A stretch of DNA of 64,000 nt from the human T2T-CHM13v2.0 reference genome, Homo sapiens. The notes under the pieces are model-generated. The model searched no databases and was not told where the DNA came from. It saw nothing but the letters and a program-made list of their open reading frames with translations. The first letter of the stretch is position 1. Every line of letters begins with the position of its first letter. The stretch lies in assembly GCF_009914755.1 (NCBI RefSeq), contig NC_060937.1; one strand, written 5' to 3'. The translations under genes were made by a program, and so were the position numbers. Positions 16,381-30,690 of the stretch are shown piece after piece.

Positions 16381-17924
16381 TCAATATAATATAGCTAATG
16401 GAAACTTGGAACAACATATTACCTTTTTTGTTTTCGGCCTGTGGCCTTCTGAGACATATCTTTCTTTTCAGTGTACAGGTATCCTTTTTTATACTGTCAA
16501 TAGTACCACGAATGGTTTATCATAGTATATTACATGTGTTTCCAGTTTGCAGTTATGTTTTAATTGTACTTTCTGTCTTTTCCTGTATATAAAAAAATCT
16601 ATTTTTCAAGCTTTCAAATATATTTTAAAAAATGTGTACACAGTATTTTCCATATATATTACATTATTTCATATCTCTTGCTTGTTTTTATTTTCATTAT
16701 TGATGTTGTTATTTTTTAGTCTTATTTGCCTGCTTGCTCATCCACTTTAATTAATCAGGGTTTTCTGTTTCTTTTGGAGTTCTTAGATGTTTTATAAGTC
16801 TGGATGAGCTAAGACAGACCACAGAGTAGTCCACTTTTGAGGACTTGTAAGATTACTTAGACTCATCCAAGGCATCTTTCAATAAATTTATAAATAAGCA
16901 TTGCAAATTGCCCAAATATTTTCAAATGAAACAAATGAGTGTAAAAATACTTGACAGATACCCCAGCCTAGTGCCTTCCTTCTGCCTTTTGCAGATACTC
17001 TAAAAGTTTGTTCGTAGCCATCGTTGCAGATTCAAGAATAGTTTGAAGGAAGCTGCTCCTTGATAACTAGCATGCGAGAATTGGGGCACAATGGTAGCCC
17101 AGATTGCCTGGATCTAATGCACAAATTCTAAGTTTTTTCTGTTGTGCAGACATACGTTCTAGTTATGTAGTGTTTACAAACTCACTACTTTTATATTTTA
17201 TTTGAGATTTCATCTTTCCAGAACTGGTTATGGTCTACTACAGTAGGATGCTGTGAGGTTAATTATAGTTCTCTACTTAAGAAAAAGTCTATGAGGATAA
17301 ACAAACCGAAGATATGTGGCCTATTTTGAGGTTTCCTGGGGCCTGATGACTCACAGGAGTACAAGACACACATTTTGTCTTTCTGTTCTCTCAGGTAACT
17401 CAAACTTTATGTTATTTTCTTAACATATAGGAAATAATAGAAATTCTCCTGTCTTTGAGAACGTAGACATTTTAAATTTAAACTTTAATTTTTTTCTGCT
17501 TTTTTTCTTTCCTTATTACTTTGTTTTTCTGTCTTTCTACTTATCTATGTTTGGCAGAACCACAAAACCCACTTCATGTCATCTAATCACTACTCACAAA
17601 AGTAAACAGCATCATGACTTTTATTACAATAGCTCCGTTGCAAAATTATCTGGAAAGAGAGACAGCATGGCTTCTTCATATTCTCAAAGCAATCTGTATC
17701 CCCCAAAAGTTAACCAACATTTCTATATAAGTGTAATCTTTAAGATACCACATAAAAATGTTGAAAGAAAGGCACGTTGGAAAGGGCCACATCCCAGGAT
17801 CACTTAATTTTAACTTCATGTGTAGTACTTTGTCCTGCATACCATAAAAATACAGCAAAGGGGAAAAGAAGGATTAGAGAAATAAAATGTGTGGATTACC
17901 TAATTGTGTCAGGCATTATATTTG

Positions 17925-18440
17925 CATCATTTCTAATTTAGTGATCAACTATTGGTTTATGCAAGAAACCACCAAAACAATCTATTTTCAAATATTATGA
18001 AGGTTTTTCCTCAATGGTAAGATAAATGGAAGTTTTAACTATTCTTGATGCAATTCCTATTCCCAGGACAGTATTTTGAGACTTTGTGAAAGAGGGAGCA
18101 ACAAGAGAGTCATCTGGATTGCTCTGGACATGACCCACTTTTTATTTGTTTTCCTCTCTTTAATGAGAGTAATAATCTAACCTTGACTGTCTGGGTAAGA
18201 ACTTTGTCAAGAACAGTAATAAAATGGCAAAGTGTTAATCACTGTATCTTTTTATAATTGAAATTTATTAACACTGTTGAAATCTCTTTATTCATTCTAC
18301 TTACACAATGTGCTGAGAATTTGCTTTAGAAAATGGATTCATGGCTTTATAATAATCTCATAATTTTCCCCAGCGTTCTTCAACCTGGGTTCATAGACTT
18401 TCAGGACAATTCTAAAGGGGTGGACATTGGGATCCATATT
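17925..18440 (+). repeat. Copy A of an old ~500-bp direct duplication (copy B at ~24715-25250)
   Basis: Colinear shared blocks, e.g. CTCTTTAATGAGAGTAAT at 18156-18173 and 24953-24970, and GGTAAGAACTTTG at 18194-18206 and 24993-25005. Boundaries approximate. Confidence 0.85.
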
Positions 18441-18730
18441 CACTTCCTTGCTTATATTTGTAGTTTAACTAACTAAGGATGTATCTCTAAACACTTGGGT
18501 TCAGCCTTCTGCCTGCTTTTCTTTTGTGTTTTACGTAACTATGATCATTTGGTGTATATTATTTGGCATCTGGCTTAACATTATATTTGTGAGATTATTC
18601 CACAGATTTTAAGTTTCTGCATTTAGGAGAGTGCTTAGTAGTATTTCAGGATTCTAACTAGCATCTCCCTGAATTATTTTCATTTGAATAATATTTATAT
18701 CAATCAGTTTATTCTGAGATCCTGGGAAAG

Positions 18731-18980
18731 AATCTTAGCATTTTGGGAGGCCTGGGTTGGAGGATCACTTGAGCTCAAGAGCTGAGACCAGCCTGTGTAA
18801 CATTGCAAGACTCCGTCTCTACAAAAAAGTAATTAGCCAGGCATTCTGCTGCACGCCTGTGGTCCAGCTACTCATGAAGCTGAGGTGAAAGGATTGCTTG
18901 AGCCCAGGAGGTCCAGGCTGCAGCAGTGAGCCATGACCAAAGCGAGACCCTGTCTCAAAAAAAAAAAAAAAAAAAAAAAA
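18731..18980 (+). mobile_element. Diverged AluJ with an internal deletion
   Basis: GGAGGATCACTTGAGCTCAAG...GGATTGCTTGAGCCCAGGAGGTCCAGGCTGCAG...GAGACCCTGTCTC followed by poly(A). Confidence 0.85.
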
Positions 18981-19823
18981 GGAAACAACAAAAAAGGAAG
19001 TCAAAAAGGGGTACAGAGAGGGGAGGGAAGAAAGCAAGAAAAATGAAGTAAATGAAAAAGAAAAGGAAATAGGGCAAAGAAAATAAAATAGTTAAAAAGA
19101 AAGAATACTGTGAAAAAGTTTTTTTTTCATACTTGGTACAACTATGGCTCTTCCCCACAGTTTCTACACTTTGTGACCTCAGCTGATTCAGAGATCCCTT
19201 TCTGAGCATTGCTTCTCTCATGCCAAAAGGAAGAGAACAGAGCAGATACACCCAATGAGTTAAAGCTTTTCCTCAGAAAAGGCACAGGTTACTTTCATTC
19301 ACATTGCATTGGCCAAAGCAATTTGCATAGTAAGCCTTCTATAATTCAGCATTGAGAAGTGATGAAAATTTTGTACAATAATACGATATATCAAATCCTC
19401 TTTTGTGAGGTGCCAGTTAAAATTACTTATCCATTTTTCTCTTTGATTAGCCCTGCCTCCGAACTTGTTAGTGCTTTAATTTGGTTTTGTTAACCCTCCT
19501 CAATTTCCTTTCTTTTCTATTTCATTAATTTCCCTTTTTATCTTTATTATTTGACCATTATATTTTATTTAATGTGTAATAATTTATTTAAAATTTAATC
19601 TTTTTATTCTAATTTCTTAAAACAAATTATTAGCTCATATCAACATTCTGATTTTTAATATATACATTTAGTGGTATATATTTTCTTCTGAGCATAATTT
19701 ACATTGTATCCCACCAATTTTAATATGTACTTTAATATGTACTTCTTTAATAAAAAATTTTCATTAATACCTCTTGAAAAATTCTATCATAATTTTTAAT
19801 TTAATTAATGAGTTACTTGCTAG

Positions 19824-20152
<329 letters not shown>

Positions 20153-20370
20153 TGGAATTTCCTAATTATATTTTCTTACTAATTTTTAGATTAATTGTGG
20201 TCATAGAGATACTTTGTATGATTTCCATTTCTTAAATTCTATTGCCAAACACAGGTAAGTTGGTATAAATGCTGTTCATGTAAAAGAGGTGCATTATAGT
20301 TAGACAGGCAATGTCTTTTATGTGTTTATTAGGTTAATTTGGTGAAATTTTTGGTCCCATCTGATATATC

Positions 20371-20572
20371 TAGTAGTGTAAAAAAATCTCAAACTGGCTT
20401 CTCTGAGATTATTGTGGCTATTTTTTTCCCAACTCTGGATCGGTGAGGCCATGTTGGTAGCTTGAAATCAGCCATTGTGGGAGAATTTACATTATAAAAA
20501 TCAGCAAATACTACAAGTCAGGGCTTTTTAGTCTCCAGAGCCAGTTACTTAACATTTACCAGCACACCATTG
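20371..20572. mobile_element. hAT DNA-transposon remnant, MER63-like
   Basis: Ends AGAGCCAGTTACTTAACATTTACCAGCACACCATTG, resembling the MER63 terminal sequence. Confidence 0.6.
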
Positions 20573-23500
20573 GTTATATCCTTGTATGTGTCCACAGTAC
20601 TGATCACTGAGAATAACTGTATTCCTACCAAGATCATGATATTTATATTTTCCTGGTAGATATGTCAATTTCCATATTGTATATTTTGACGTTATGCCAT
20701 TCTAAGCTTAGAATTGTTACAGCTTATAGCTAAATTGAACCATTCATAACAACTGAACTGTCCCTCTTTATTTTTAGAAATATGTTTTGCCTTACAGTCT
20801 ATTTTGACATTAGTATAGCAATATCAGGGGTTTTATGGTTAGATTTTACCATGGAATATATCTTTTCATCTTTTGCTTTTCACTCCCTGCATCTTTATAC
20901 TTAGATGCATCTCTTGTAAACAAAATATAATAGAAGCTCTATTTTTTATGCATTCTGACAATTCTATCTTATAGACAGAATTGGAACATTTAGTTTATTT
21001 AAATTTAGTATTGCCCGTTTCAATCTTCCACTTTATAAAATGATCTCTTTTTGCTTCATCTGTGCTATTTTGCCTCTTTTGAGAGTCATTATATTTTATA
21101 GTTTTATTTTTACTTCCTTCCAACCTATAAATGTTCTTTAAAATTCACTTTCTTAAAAGTGAATATATTGTACATAGATATATTCAGACAACGCAAATTT
21201 AGAGAATATTGTGTATACGTAAATTAATGTAGACAGACACAGAGACAGAGAAAGAAAGAGAGGGAGCAGGGGGCATTATAATATTTAAGATTTTAATTGT
21301 CTAGCTAATTTAAAAAATGAAACAATAAATGCACATAATAATTTTCAGAAAAGGCAAAAAAGGTGAAGATAAAAAGACAGCATAAATGTAGCAAAGAGAA
21401 ATTGCTTAATAAAACAGAAGATTTAAGGTGAGACATTTAAGTAATGATATTGTTTGCAGATAAACTAAATATCCCATTTGTAAGACGAGATTGTTAGACT
21501 GGTTAAAAGAGAAAACCTCAATCATATTCTGTTTACAATAGGTTTTATACTTTATTGTTTTAAAGTCTGTAGCTAAGAACTCTACTATCTGTACTACCTT
21601 TAGTTATTTCTATTTTCTGTTGTTTCGCTGAGTGTTGTTAATTATTTTCATCTACATGGATTTCTGATATTTGAATGGTCCATTGGACATGGAACTTGTA
21701 ATATTTTTTGTACAGTTATTTTGATTGCTGTCATATTACTCCTGTAAAGAGGATTTTCCTCTGCTTCTGCCAGTCAGCCATAGGCAGCAACCATGCAGAT
21801 CACTTTAGTTTCAAGTACTGAGCTGATTTGAGGCTGAGCTAAAAGCCTGGTGGCAGCCTATCAATTCTTGTTTAGGTTTATGCCTAAATTGCAGCCCTAT
21901 TGTAGTTCAGTCTAAAACAAGAAAGTTCATCAAGAACCTTTTAAAGACTCCTTTGATCCTAGCCCTTCATCCCTCAGTATGTTAAACTATTAAGTTATCC
22001 CTCAGTCTCTCAGCATTGCAGTTTCTCTGATATCCCTCTGTTCAGTTTGCAGAGGTAATGGAGATCCAACTTCATGGTTTACCTTTCCTGGGATTTTGTC
22101 TTTTTCCTTGTCAATTCCTACAAATTCTTGGTCATAATTTTTAAACATTATACATTTGAAAATTTTTAAAAAACAGCATTTTTCCAGCACAGTAGTTCAT
22201 CCAATTTAAATAATCTATCACCACTGAGAAGTAGAGCCCTTAATATTATAGAAATTTACTTTAATTACATAATGACATAAATAATCTTTAAATGCCTCTT
22301 TTCCATTCAAAGAAGCTGCTTCAGTCTTTATGAAACCAATTTTGAGTAGTTGGAGTAGGAAAAAGAATTATCATCATTTCACACATGAAATAATTAAGAC
22401 ATGGGATCTGAGGCATAAAAACATTTTTTTTGCTGTTCATTTCACTGACGTGAAAAACTGGGAATGTAATTTAAGTATTTAACTTTTTTCTAAATTGTAT
22501 TCCTGCTCAGGACACATTGATGTTGTAGACTTTGAAATGATACTGATTGATTAGTTTTTAGATTTCTGGTATTTATTACTTATAGCCAAGTGAAATGTAC
22601 AAGTAAAGTTGAAAACATGGCAACTTATCACAAAATTGTTTCTGTTCTTACTAACTTACTAACAGGTATTTAGATTTTGCATCTCAATATGTCTATCTTG
22701 GCAATATTTTCATTTTGTTTTTACATTTTTAATAAACATTTATATAAATGGAGTATCAGAACAAACATCTAATACCTTTTCATAATATAATAAAGATAGT
22801 AAATAATCTTAGTCATTATTTTTCTATAAATATTATTTGGCAAGTTTTATAAATTATTTTTAAATGAAAAAAAAACTATGGACAAGAGCACAGGATTAAG
22901 TTTTCAAGAAGATCCAACTATGTATTTAAGGAACACCTCCTGTTTTTGAACAGTTACAATCCAGTGGAGAACATAGTTATGTAATACAAATTGAAGATAT
23001 TGAACTGGAGGGAAAGTGATAAGGGCAAAAGGGAGAGTCGTGCTGAATGTGAGGCAGGTATGAATCTATGTTGACTCAAAAATTAGGAACTACAATTTAA
23101 GTGGCTACTTCTCTTCACTCCTTTTCAGTAGCATGACAAATACTGCAGGATCCTGGCTGTAACTAAAGTGCGAAAAATGGCTATATTAAGATATCTCTTT
23201 TTTAATCTAAACACCAAATGGTGGACCTCACGAATAATATAAATTCCCAAGGCATGTGTCTTATTTAGGTGAAACATACTTGGCACATGGTACATATTCA
23301 ACAAATTTTCATTAAAATGAATGTGGTTGTGTTGCAGTAGATATTTTTATTAAATGAAGCATTAAATGCCTTATATCTTTTCTAGCATTGTTTAATTGAA
23401 ATGGAAATTCTTCAACATATTTTGTCCTTTTTTTACACACTCATGATATTTCACAATATCGTATTTTATAAGAGCAGTTGAATTTCTGCTTACATAAAAT

Positions 23501-24212
23501 ATAATGCTTCCCATGTGAAGATAGAAATATGACATCATCCACATGTCCATTTATCTGTGGTACCATATTTCACTTGGAAGTATGTGAAAGGGAATAATAT
23601 TTTAAGATGGTTGAGGTTAAGAATTATTTTGGAAGAGTAAGAAAAAAGCATTTCACAATGTTATAACCTACTTCTGGGATCCCATATGATACATGCTACC
23701 CACTGTAGATCTTTCTTTACTCTTTATAGCATGCACTCTCGGACTTGTACGGTAGGTGCTGCTCATATTTATAGATAGTGTTAATGTGGATAAAATCGAG
23801 AAAGAAATGTGTTTCTTGAAAATTACCTGGTGACTAAATTTAATCTGAGGAAACTCACAACTGTGTGTATCCAGCAAATTTACCTCCTCCATTAGGTTTG
23901 GTAAAATGAGATTGAAACCTATAATAATGAAATCAAAACATTATTACATATACTTCTAACTATCAGGAGAAAACTGCATATTAAAAAAATGAATTATGCT
24001 TTAGTACTCTTTGAGGGTCATCCATCTTCTAGGACATTACAAGTTACTGGTAATGTAATTGGTGACATCAGTTCACATGAATTTATCCTGTCATATTAAA
24101 TTTGAGAAAATTCTCTAATAAAACAGTCTAGAAAAGATATCTCCTAGAGGAGAAAAGAGACATTATCTTGTCATTTGTTTCCCTTACTCTCTGATCTATC
24201 CTTCCTTTTCTT

Positions 24213-24350
24213 TTCTCTTTTTTTTAGTTTTAAGGAGTGGAGAATTTAATAGGCGAGGAAGAGGGCAGAAGGAAGAAGCTCTCCTCGTACAGAGACAAAG
24301 CGGGGTTGGGGGGGTGGGGGGGAGCTCCAAAGCTGAGAGAGGGAACCTCC
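24213..24350 (-). mobile_element. Short polyadenylated ERV1-type LTR fragment inserted by L1-style retrotransposition
   Basis: Minus strand reads ...GTCTCTGTACGAGGAGAGCTTCTTCC...CCTATTAAATTCTCCACTCCTTAAAACT then an A-tail; 17-bp TSD CTAT(C/T)CTTCCTTTTCTT at 24196-24212 and 24351-24367. Confidence 0.75.
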
Positions 24351-24714
24351 CTATTCTTCCTTTTCTTAAAGGGTGTCTGACAAGGTTGTCAAAGTGATAC
24401 TACAAAAATTACAAGGGGTAGTCCCACTGGGAGGGAGGGAGGAGAATATAACCTACTATTTATGGACTATGAATGAAACAAGGGCTATTGCTACTTTTTG
24501 ATCTAATTTCATAAAGGTGGGTAATTGCCAGTTCCCTTTGTTGTGCTATTATGGAAATGTCAGTATGGTTTTAAGATTCTACATAGGCTATAGGCTTTAA
24601 ACTTCAAATGGATCCAGCAAGAATAGAAAAGATTTAAAGACAAGCCAGAAAATAGTCATTTAGTGTGGTAATCAAGCAGAATTATTCTAAAACTGAGCAG
24701 TATAAAAAACATTT

Positions 24715-25250
24715 ATGTCATTCCCAGTTTAGTGACTAACCAATAATTCACAAAAGGAACCTACTAAAATTGGATATTTTCCAAATTTTATGGAGTTTTT
24801 TCTGAACAATCTGATAGATGGTGGCTTTTATTGTTCATGCTACATTTTGGATTCCCAAGGCAGTGTGTTAGAGATTTTATGGAAGGGAAGCAGCAACTAG
24901 GGGCATCTGAATTGCTCTGGGAATTACCTAAATATTTTTTACCTGTCCTCACCTCTTTAATGAGAGTAATGATATCTAACCCTGACTACCTAGGTAAGAA
25001 CTTTGCCTAGAAGAGTAATAAAATTATAAAATGTTAATCACTTTGTGTCTTTTTGCAATTAAGATTAAGTATTACTATTGAAATAGTTTACTGTTTCTAT
25101 TTATGCAACACGTTGTTGAGAATTTAGGATATGGACTTATTGCCTTATAAAAATCTTATAATTTACACTTATTCTTCCAGTATAGAATTCCTTAATCATT
25201 GTTCATGGATTTTGAGGTGATCTATAAATGTATGGGTCTCAGGAACCATA
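24715..25250 (+). repeat. Copy B of the old ~500-bp direct duplication
   Basis: Aligns by eye with 17925-18440 at a constant offset of about 6.8 kb. Confidence 0.85.
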
Positions 25251-25699
25251 AATACAATTTTCTAGAGTTCATGGCTTTTTGAATCCTCAAAGAGATCTTT
25301 GACCCCCGAAAGCTGACTAATACTTCTTTGGGAGTGTAGTCCACATATTACTATGTAGCATTTTTTTTTAAAGAAAGAATGTCAAGAGCCATATCTAGGA
25401 CCACTTATTTTTAACTTATCCATAAAAGACCTTGTACTATTATTAGAACATTTAAATGAATGTTTTTAAAGTACAGCAAACAGGAAGGAAAGCTTCTAGG
25501 TAAATAAAATGCATTGATTTTCTGCTACATGTCAGACATTCTGTCATGTCCACCATGAAGATCTGATTTTTGTAGAATGAGTTATATATATAAGTATAAC
25601 TAAACACAGTGACTATCAGGTAAAAAATAGTTTTGAATACCAACACTAAACACAGTATTTTAATGAAAATCAACAGATTTGGCAGAAGCTAACTTCTGC

Positions 25700-25870
25700 C
25701 AAACTTTGCTGCATATTATAATCTTCCTAAAAGATTTTAAAGCACTGCAGAGCATGGATCCCACTCCAAATCAATTGAATAAAAAACTCTTTGGGGGGTG
25801 GTTCTGAGCATTGATGTGTTTAAAAATCTCCTCAGGTGATTCTATTGTGCAGAGAGTATTGAGAACTACT
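25700..25870. mobile_element. MER5-type hAT-Charlie remnant
   Basis: AAAAATCTCCTCAGGTGATTCTATTGTGCAG...TTGAGAACTACT is a typical MER5 end. Confidence 0.65.
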
Positions 25871-26454
25871 CCTCAGTTATTTAAACGAACAATACCTAAT
25901 TATATCATTCAAGCAGTAACTGCATTTGAGTACAATTTTATTTAATTTATTCTGACAAACTCAGAATTCATTCATTCATTATTCATAAAATATGGCTGTA
26001 TAGAATGCCTGCTGACAGGTGAGTACTTTGTAAGATGTTGACAATTAGTGATAAATGTTTGGCTTATCCTTGAATACATTACAGACAAAACAGTAAAATG
26101 ATTATTCTATTTGGGCATGAATTGTCATTCATAGAAAGTTGCTCAAGTAGTTATAAGAGAAAAGCAATTTCTTTGTAATTCTTTGTGGTTTTAATATATT
26201 CAGTTTTTTCAAATGGTCTTAAGACTTTTTTCATAATTTTATTTTTTATTTCATCCAACTGTCAAACATTTAGCACACTTTTATAAGTTGCTTCCTACAG
26301 AGGCAACTGAACTCAAATGGAATAAAACACTTTACCTTGTTCACTGTTTCCTCTCTAAATGCATGACTCTAAAATATCATTTGAGCACACAGTAATGTTC
26401 AGCAATCCTATTATATTTTCCTGATAAATTAGCTTTTAACATTATCTCACAGAT

Positions 26455-28245
26455 TAGAGCTAATAAATGAGTTCAGACATGTTGCAAGGTCCAACATCAT
26501 ATAGAAAAATTAATTTTATTTCTATACACTGGCAATGAACCATATAAATGCAATTAACAAAATAGTTCCATTTGAAGTTGCATAAAAAATAAAGCACTGA
26601 AGCCTAAATTTAACAAGGAAGTACAAAACTTAAATCTTAAAAACTACAAAGAGTTTATGAAATTAAAGAAGTTTCAAATAAATGAAAAACATTTCTCATT
26701 CATGGGTCAGAAGACTTAATACTGATATATATATTCAATGCTACTCTAATCAACTTCCCAGTGGATTCTTTGCAGAAATTGGCAAACAGATCCTAAAATT
26801 AGTATGGAAATTTAAAGTAATCCAGAATAGCCAAATGATCTTGAAAGAAAGAACAAAGTTGGAGGACTCACACTTCCCAATTTAAAACATACTGTAAAGT
26901 TACAGTACCCAAGACAATGTGGATCTTGCATAGACTTCTACATATAGATCAATGAAATAAAATTGAGAGCCCAGAAAGAAATTCTCATATTTAAGGTCAA
27001 TTGATTTTGACAATAGTGCCAAGACAATTCCACAGGGAAAGAACAGTTTTTTCAATAAATGGTGTCAGGGCAACTGGAAAGGCAAATGTAAAAGAATAAA
27101 ATTAAACTCTTTCTCACACTATATATGAAAATTCACTCAAAATAAACAATACACCAAATATCAGAGCTAAAATTATATAACTCTTACAATAAAATATAGG
27201 AATAAATCTCTGTGACCTTGGGTTATGCAAAGCCTTTTTAGATATGACACCAAAATCACCAATGACAAAAGAAAAATAAATTTGCACTTTTCCAAAGTAA
27301 AAACTTGTGTGCTTTAAAGAACTCTATTAAAAAGTAAAAGGATAGCCAACAGAATAGAAAAAAAAATTACATAGCATATATCTGATAAAGGACTTATATG
27401 CAGAATACATAAAGGACTCAAAAACAAAAAGACAAACAACCTATTTTTTTTAATGGAGAAAGGACTTGCATTGACATTTCTCCAAAAATATACAGTCGGT
27501 CAATGAGCACATAAAAAGATGTTCAACATTATTTGTTATTAGGGAAATGAGAATCAAGAAGACAATGAGATTTTTAAAAATCACACCAGAGAATAACAAG
27601 TGTTAATGAGGACAGTAGATAAATTGCAACCATCATGCATTGCTAGTGGGAATGTGCAGCCATTGTGCAAAACAATCTGGCAGTTCCTAAACAGGTTAAA
27701 CACAGAGTTCCCGTGTGATTCAGTCTTCCTCTCCAAGGTATATTTCCAAAGGTACTAAAAACATACACCCATGTAAAAACTTGTACATGAATGTTCATAG
27801 CGGCATTATTCACAATGGCCACAAGTGAAAACAAACCAAATGCCCATCAATTGAGAATGAACAAATAAAATGTATACTCAGGCAATGGAATGTAATTTAG
27901 CAATTTAAAAAGTGAAATACTAATACATACTACAACATGGATGAAACTTGAAAACCTATGCTAAGTCAAAGAAGCCAGTGTTAGGCCACATACTGTATAA
28001 TTCCATTATATGAAGCATCCCAAATAGATAAATTAATAGAGACAAAAAGTAGATTAGTGTTTGCCCAAAGCTGGAGGTGAAAGAAGGTGAGACGGGCATG
28101 ATTTTCTTTGTGAGGTGATGAAAATGTTCCATAATAATTGTGTTGATGGTTGCACATATCTGTTAATATACTAAAAACTATTGGACATGTAAGAGGGTGG
28201 AAGTGAATGGTGTGTGAATTATATTTTAATAATGCTATTAAAAAT
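26455..28245 (+). mobile_element. 5'-truncated old LINE-1 (L1MB-like): ORF2 3' half and 3'UTR
   Basis: ORF 26682-26885 resembles degenerate ORF2p (SWVRRLN, GFFAEIGKQILKLVWKFK); L1MB-type 3' end GGTGATGAAAATGTTC...GATGGTTGCACA...GTGAATTATAT. Confidence 0.85.
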
Positions 28246-28279
28246 TCTCTTATAGGACTATTTGCTTATCATCTTTCCT

Positions 28280-30690
28280 CACAACACCACCTTTCCAGTC
28301 ATCATCTTCAGCCTGGCCTCTTCTTTCATTGAGGAAAAAAAAAAGCACTCAAAGCAGAGGGGGAAATGGAGCTCTTATCTTCTATCCTCAGTCCCATCTA
28401 CTATTGCCTCCTCAGTGTCCTTTGTTGCTTTCTTCTTCCTGACTTCTATACAATGGAGTGTCCCAGGTTCAACCCACAGAGCTCTAGCTATGCCAAACTC
28501 CTAGGTAATCACAACTTGTTTCATGGATTTTAATAGATCTGTATACTAATGAATTTCATGTACATTTCTAGCTTAGTGCTCCTCTTAAACTCCAGACCTA
28601 TATGTACAAGTGCCAACTCAGGAGCTAGAAGTTCATGTTTAATGCTTGACTCCTTATTTCACATGCTTCAAAAGTCTTTTTCTTCCTACGTGATCTTCCC
28701 TATCTTGGCAAATGGCAACTTTATTATTCTATTTGTTTAGTCTAAAAGCCCTTAAATCCTTTCTGACTTCTTTCTTTTACTAGATCTAACTGAGCACTTA
28801 TCATTTCCTCTATTGTTATTTCCTCATGGAAACCATCACTCTCACTTTCATTACTGCAATAGCTGCAGTTCACAGCCTCATTCTGGTGCTCTAGGTGTCA
28901 AGTGGGGGAAGGAAGCTTGGGAATTTAGCATTTAGGATGTATCTTTCACTTTATTTGCCCTGTTTCAGTACACCACTTTCATTCTTAGTGTATCATATTC
29001 CCCATTTCATAATCCCTCTCATTCGCTCTTACTGGAAGATGAATCTTAGTTTTCTGTTGTGGAGTAGCAGTCTTCTAGCTGGGTAGGGTGGGGGAGGAAA
29101 TTTGTGGATCTACTTGCTTTTTATATATCCTTCCAACCAATATTTACGTAGTCAATCCAACCTGTTCCACTTCTTTCAGAAATACCTAGTACTACTTCAC
29201 ACATGCAATGTTCAGAGTTTTCCCAATGAACAGCTGACTTTTCAGTTTTCACAGATCTGCTTATTTAACTTTATTCTGTATCTAAAATTTGCATCTGTTA
29301 TTTTCTCTCTTTGTCCTTTGTTTTTTTTCCCTTTAAAAAAGATATCCCTTTCTTGTCACTGGAGTGGGGTCTCTCAAGAACCAGCAATAAACAGTTTTTC
29401 AATCTTAAGTTTACTTACAGTCACAATTATCATTTTAACCTGTTCCAATTTAGCTTTCATCTTTACCACACTACTTAAATTGCTCTTCTCATAGCTAAAA
29501 ATATTTCAGTATTGCCAATCCAGTGGCCGATATACTAGCAAAATTGTTTATCCATCTAGTATTAAAACAGTTTTAACACTTAATTTTTAGGCTACCACTT
29601 ACTCCACTTAATTCTGGTTTCTATTCTGGTTTTACTTTACTAGACATTCCATTCACATCAGTCTCCTTTGCTGGCTCTTACTTTTCTTCCAGGCCTTGAC
29701 AGACTAGTGAGACCAAGGGTTCCAGTCTTAGACTTCTCATTTTTTTAAACTCTATTTTCTTTTAATAAGTTTATTTACTCCATAGATTTTAAAATGTGCT
29801 AAATGAAATTAGCTGAGCATGGTGACACATGCCTGTAGTCCTAGATACTGAAGAGCTGAGTCAGGAGGATCACTTGAGTACAGCAGTTTAAGGTTGCAGT
29901 GAGCTATGATTGCACCATTACACTCCAGCCTGGGAGACCGAGTGAGACCCTATCTCTAAAAAACAATTTTTTAAAAGTTAATAAATAAATAAACCTTAGT
30001 TAAATTGTTAACTCCCGGATTTATAAACAGTTCTGAACTTTCCCTTGGAATTCAGACCTGATCATATACTTACTTCTGACAGCTCAGCTTGGTTGTCTGA
30101 AAGGCATTCTCATTTCAATATATTTGAAACATAAGCCTTCCTTCAATTCCCCAAACATTCCACAGGTTCTCTCTTCCTAGCACAGTTAATGGCATCATAT
30201 TCTTTAATCCTCTGCTTAAACTCTCCTGTTGCTTGTCACTATACTCTTAATAAAATCTAAACTATTACCATGGCCTGTATGGTCCTTGGTCATCCAGCCA
30301 CTGCATGCCTTTTTCATTTCATGCCATTCTTTTCTCCTTCACCTCACCTTCATTATTTCCTTGGAGACACTGAGTTCAGCATTCAAAGGGTCCCAAGGCC
30401 AGTTTTTTCCTTAAACATAGAACTCAAATAATCTGCTCATTGCCAACTTGATATTTTAGCTCATTTTGAGCACAATAATCACATACTTGATATCTGTCTT
30501 TATTTCCAGTCAATCCTTTTTTAAACCCATATCTATTTTCATTCTGCTATGTCTCATTTCCATCCAATTTCATATCTATTCTCTAACCCAATTTAATTTT
30601 CTTCATTATCATGTTTATTTGTTTTCTTTTAAAAAATCTATCTTTTTTTCTACAAGATATGACTGAATAAAAGAAATAAATTAATGAATA
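28280..30690 (+). mobile_element. Cluster of L2 fragments with other insertions
   Basis: Pyrimidine-rich L2-like tracts (CTCCTTTGCTGGCTC, CTCAGCTTGGTTGTCT, AAATGGCAACTTTATT) ending in an L2-like TGAATAAA tail. Boundaries approximate. Confidence 0.55.
29805..29992 (+). mobile_element. Alu right monomer (FRAM or truncated AluJ)
   Basis: ATTAGCTGAGCATGGTGACACATGCCTGTAGTC...GTGAGCTATGATTGCACC...CCAGCCTGGG...GAGACCCTATCTC plus A-rich tail. Confidence 0.85.
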
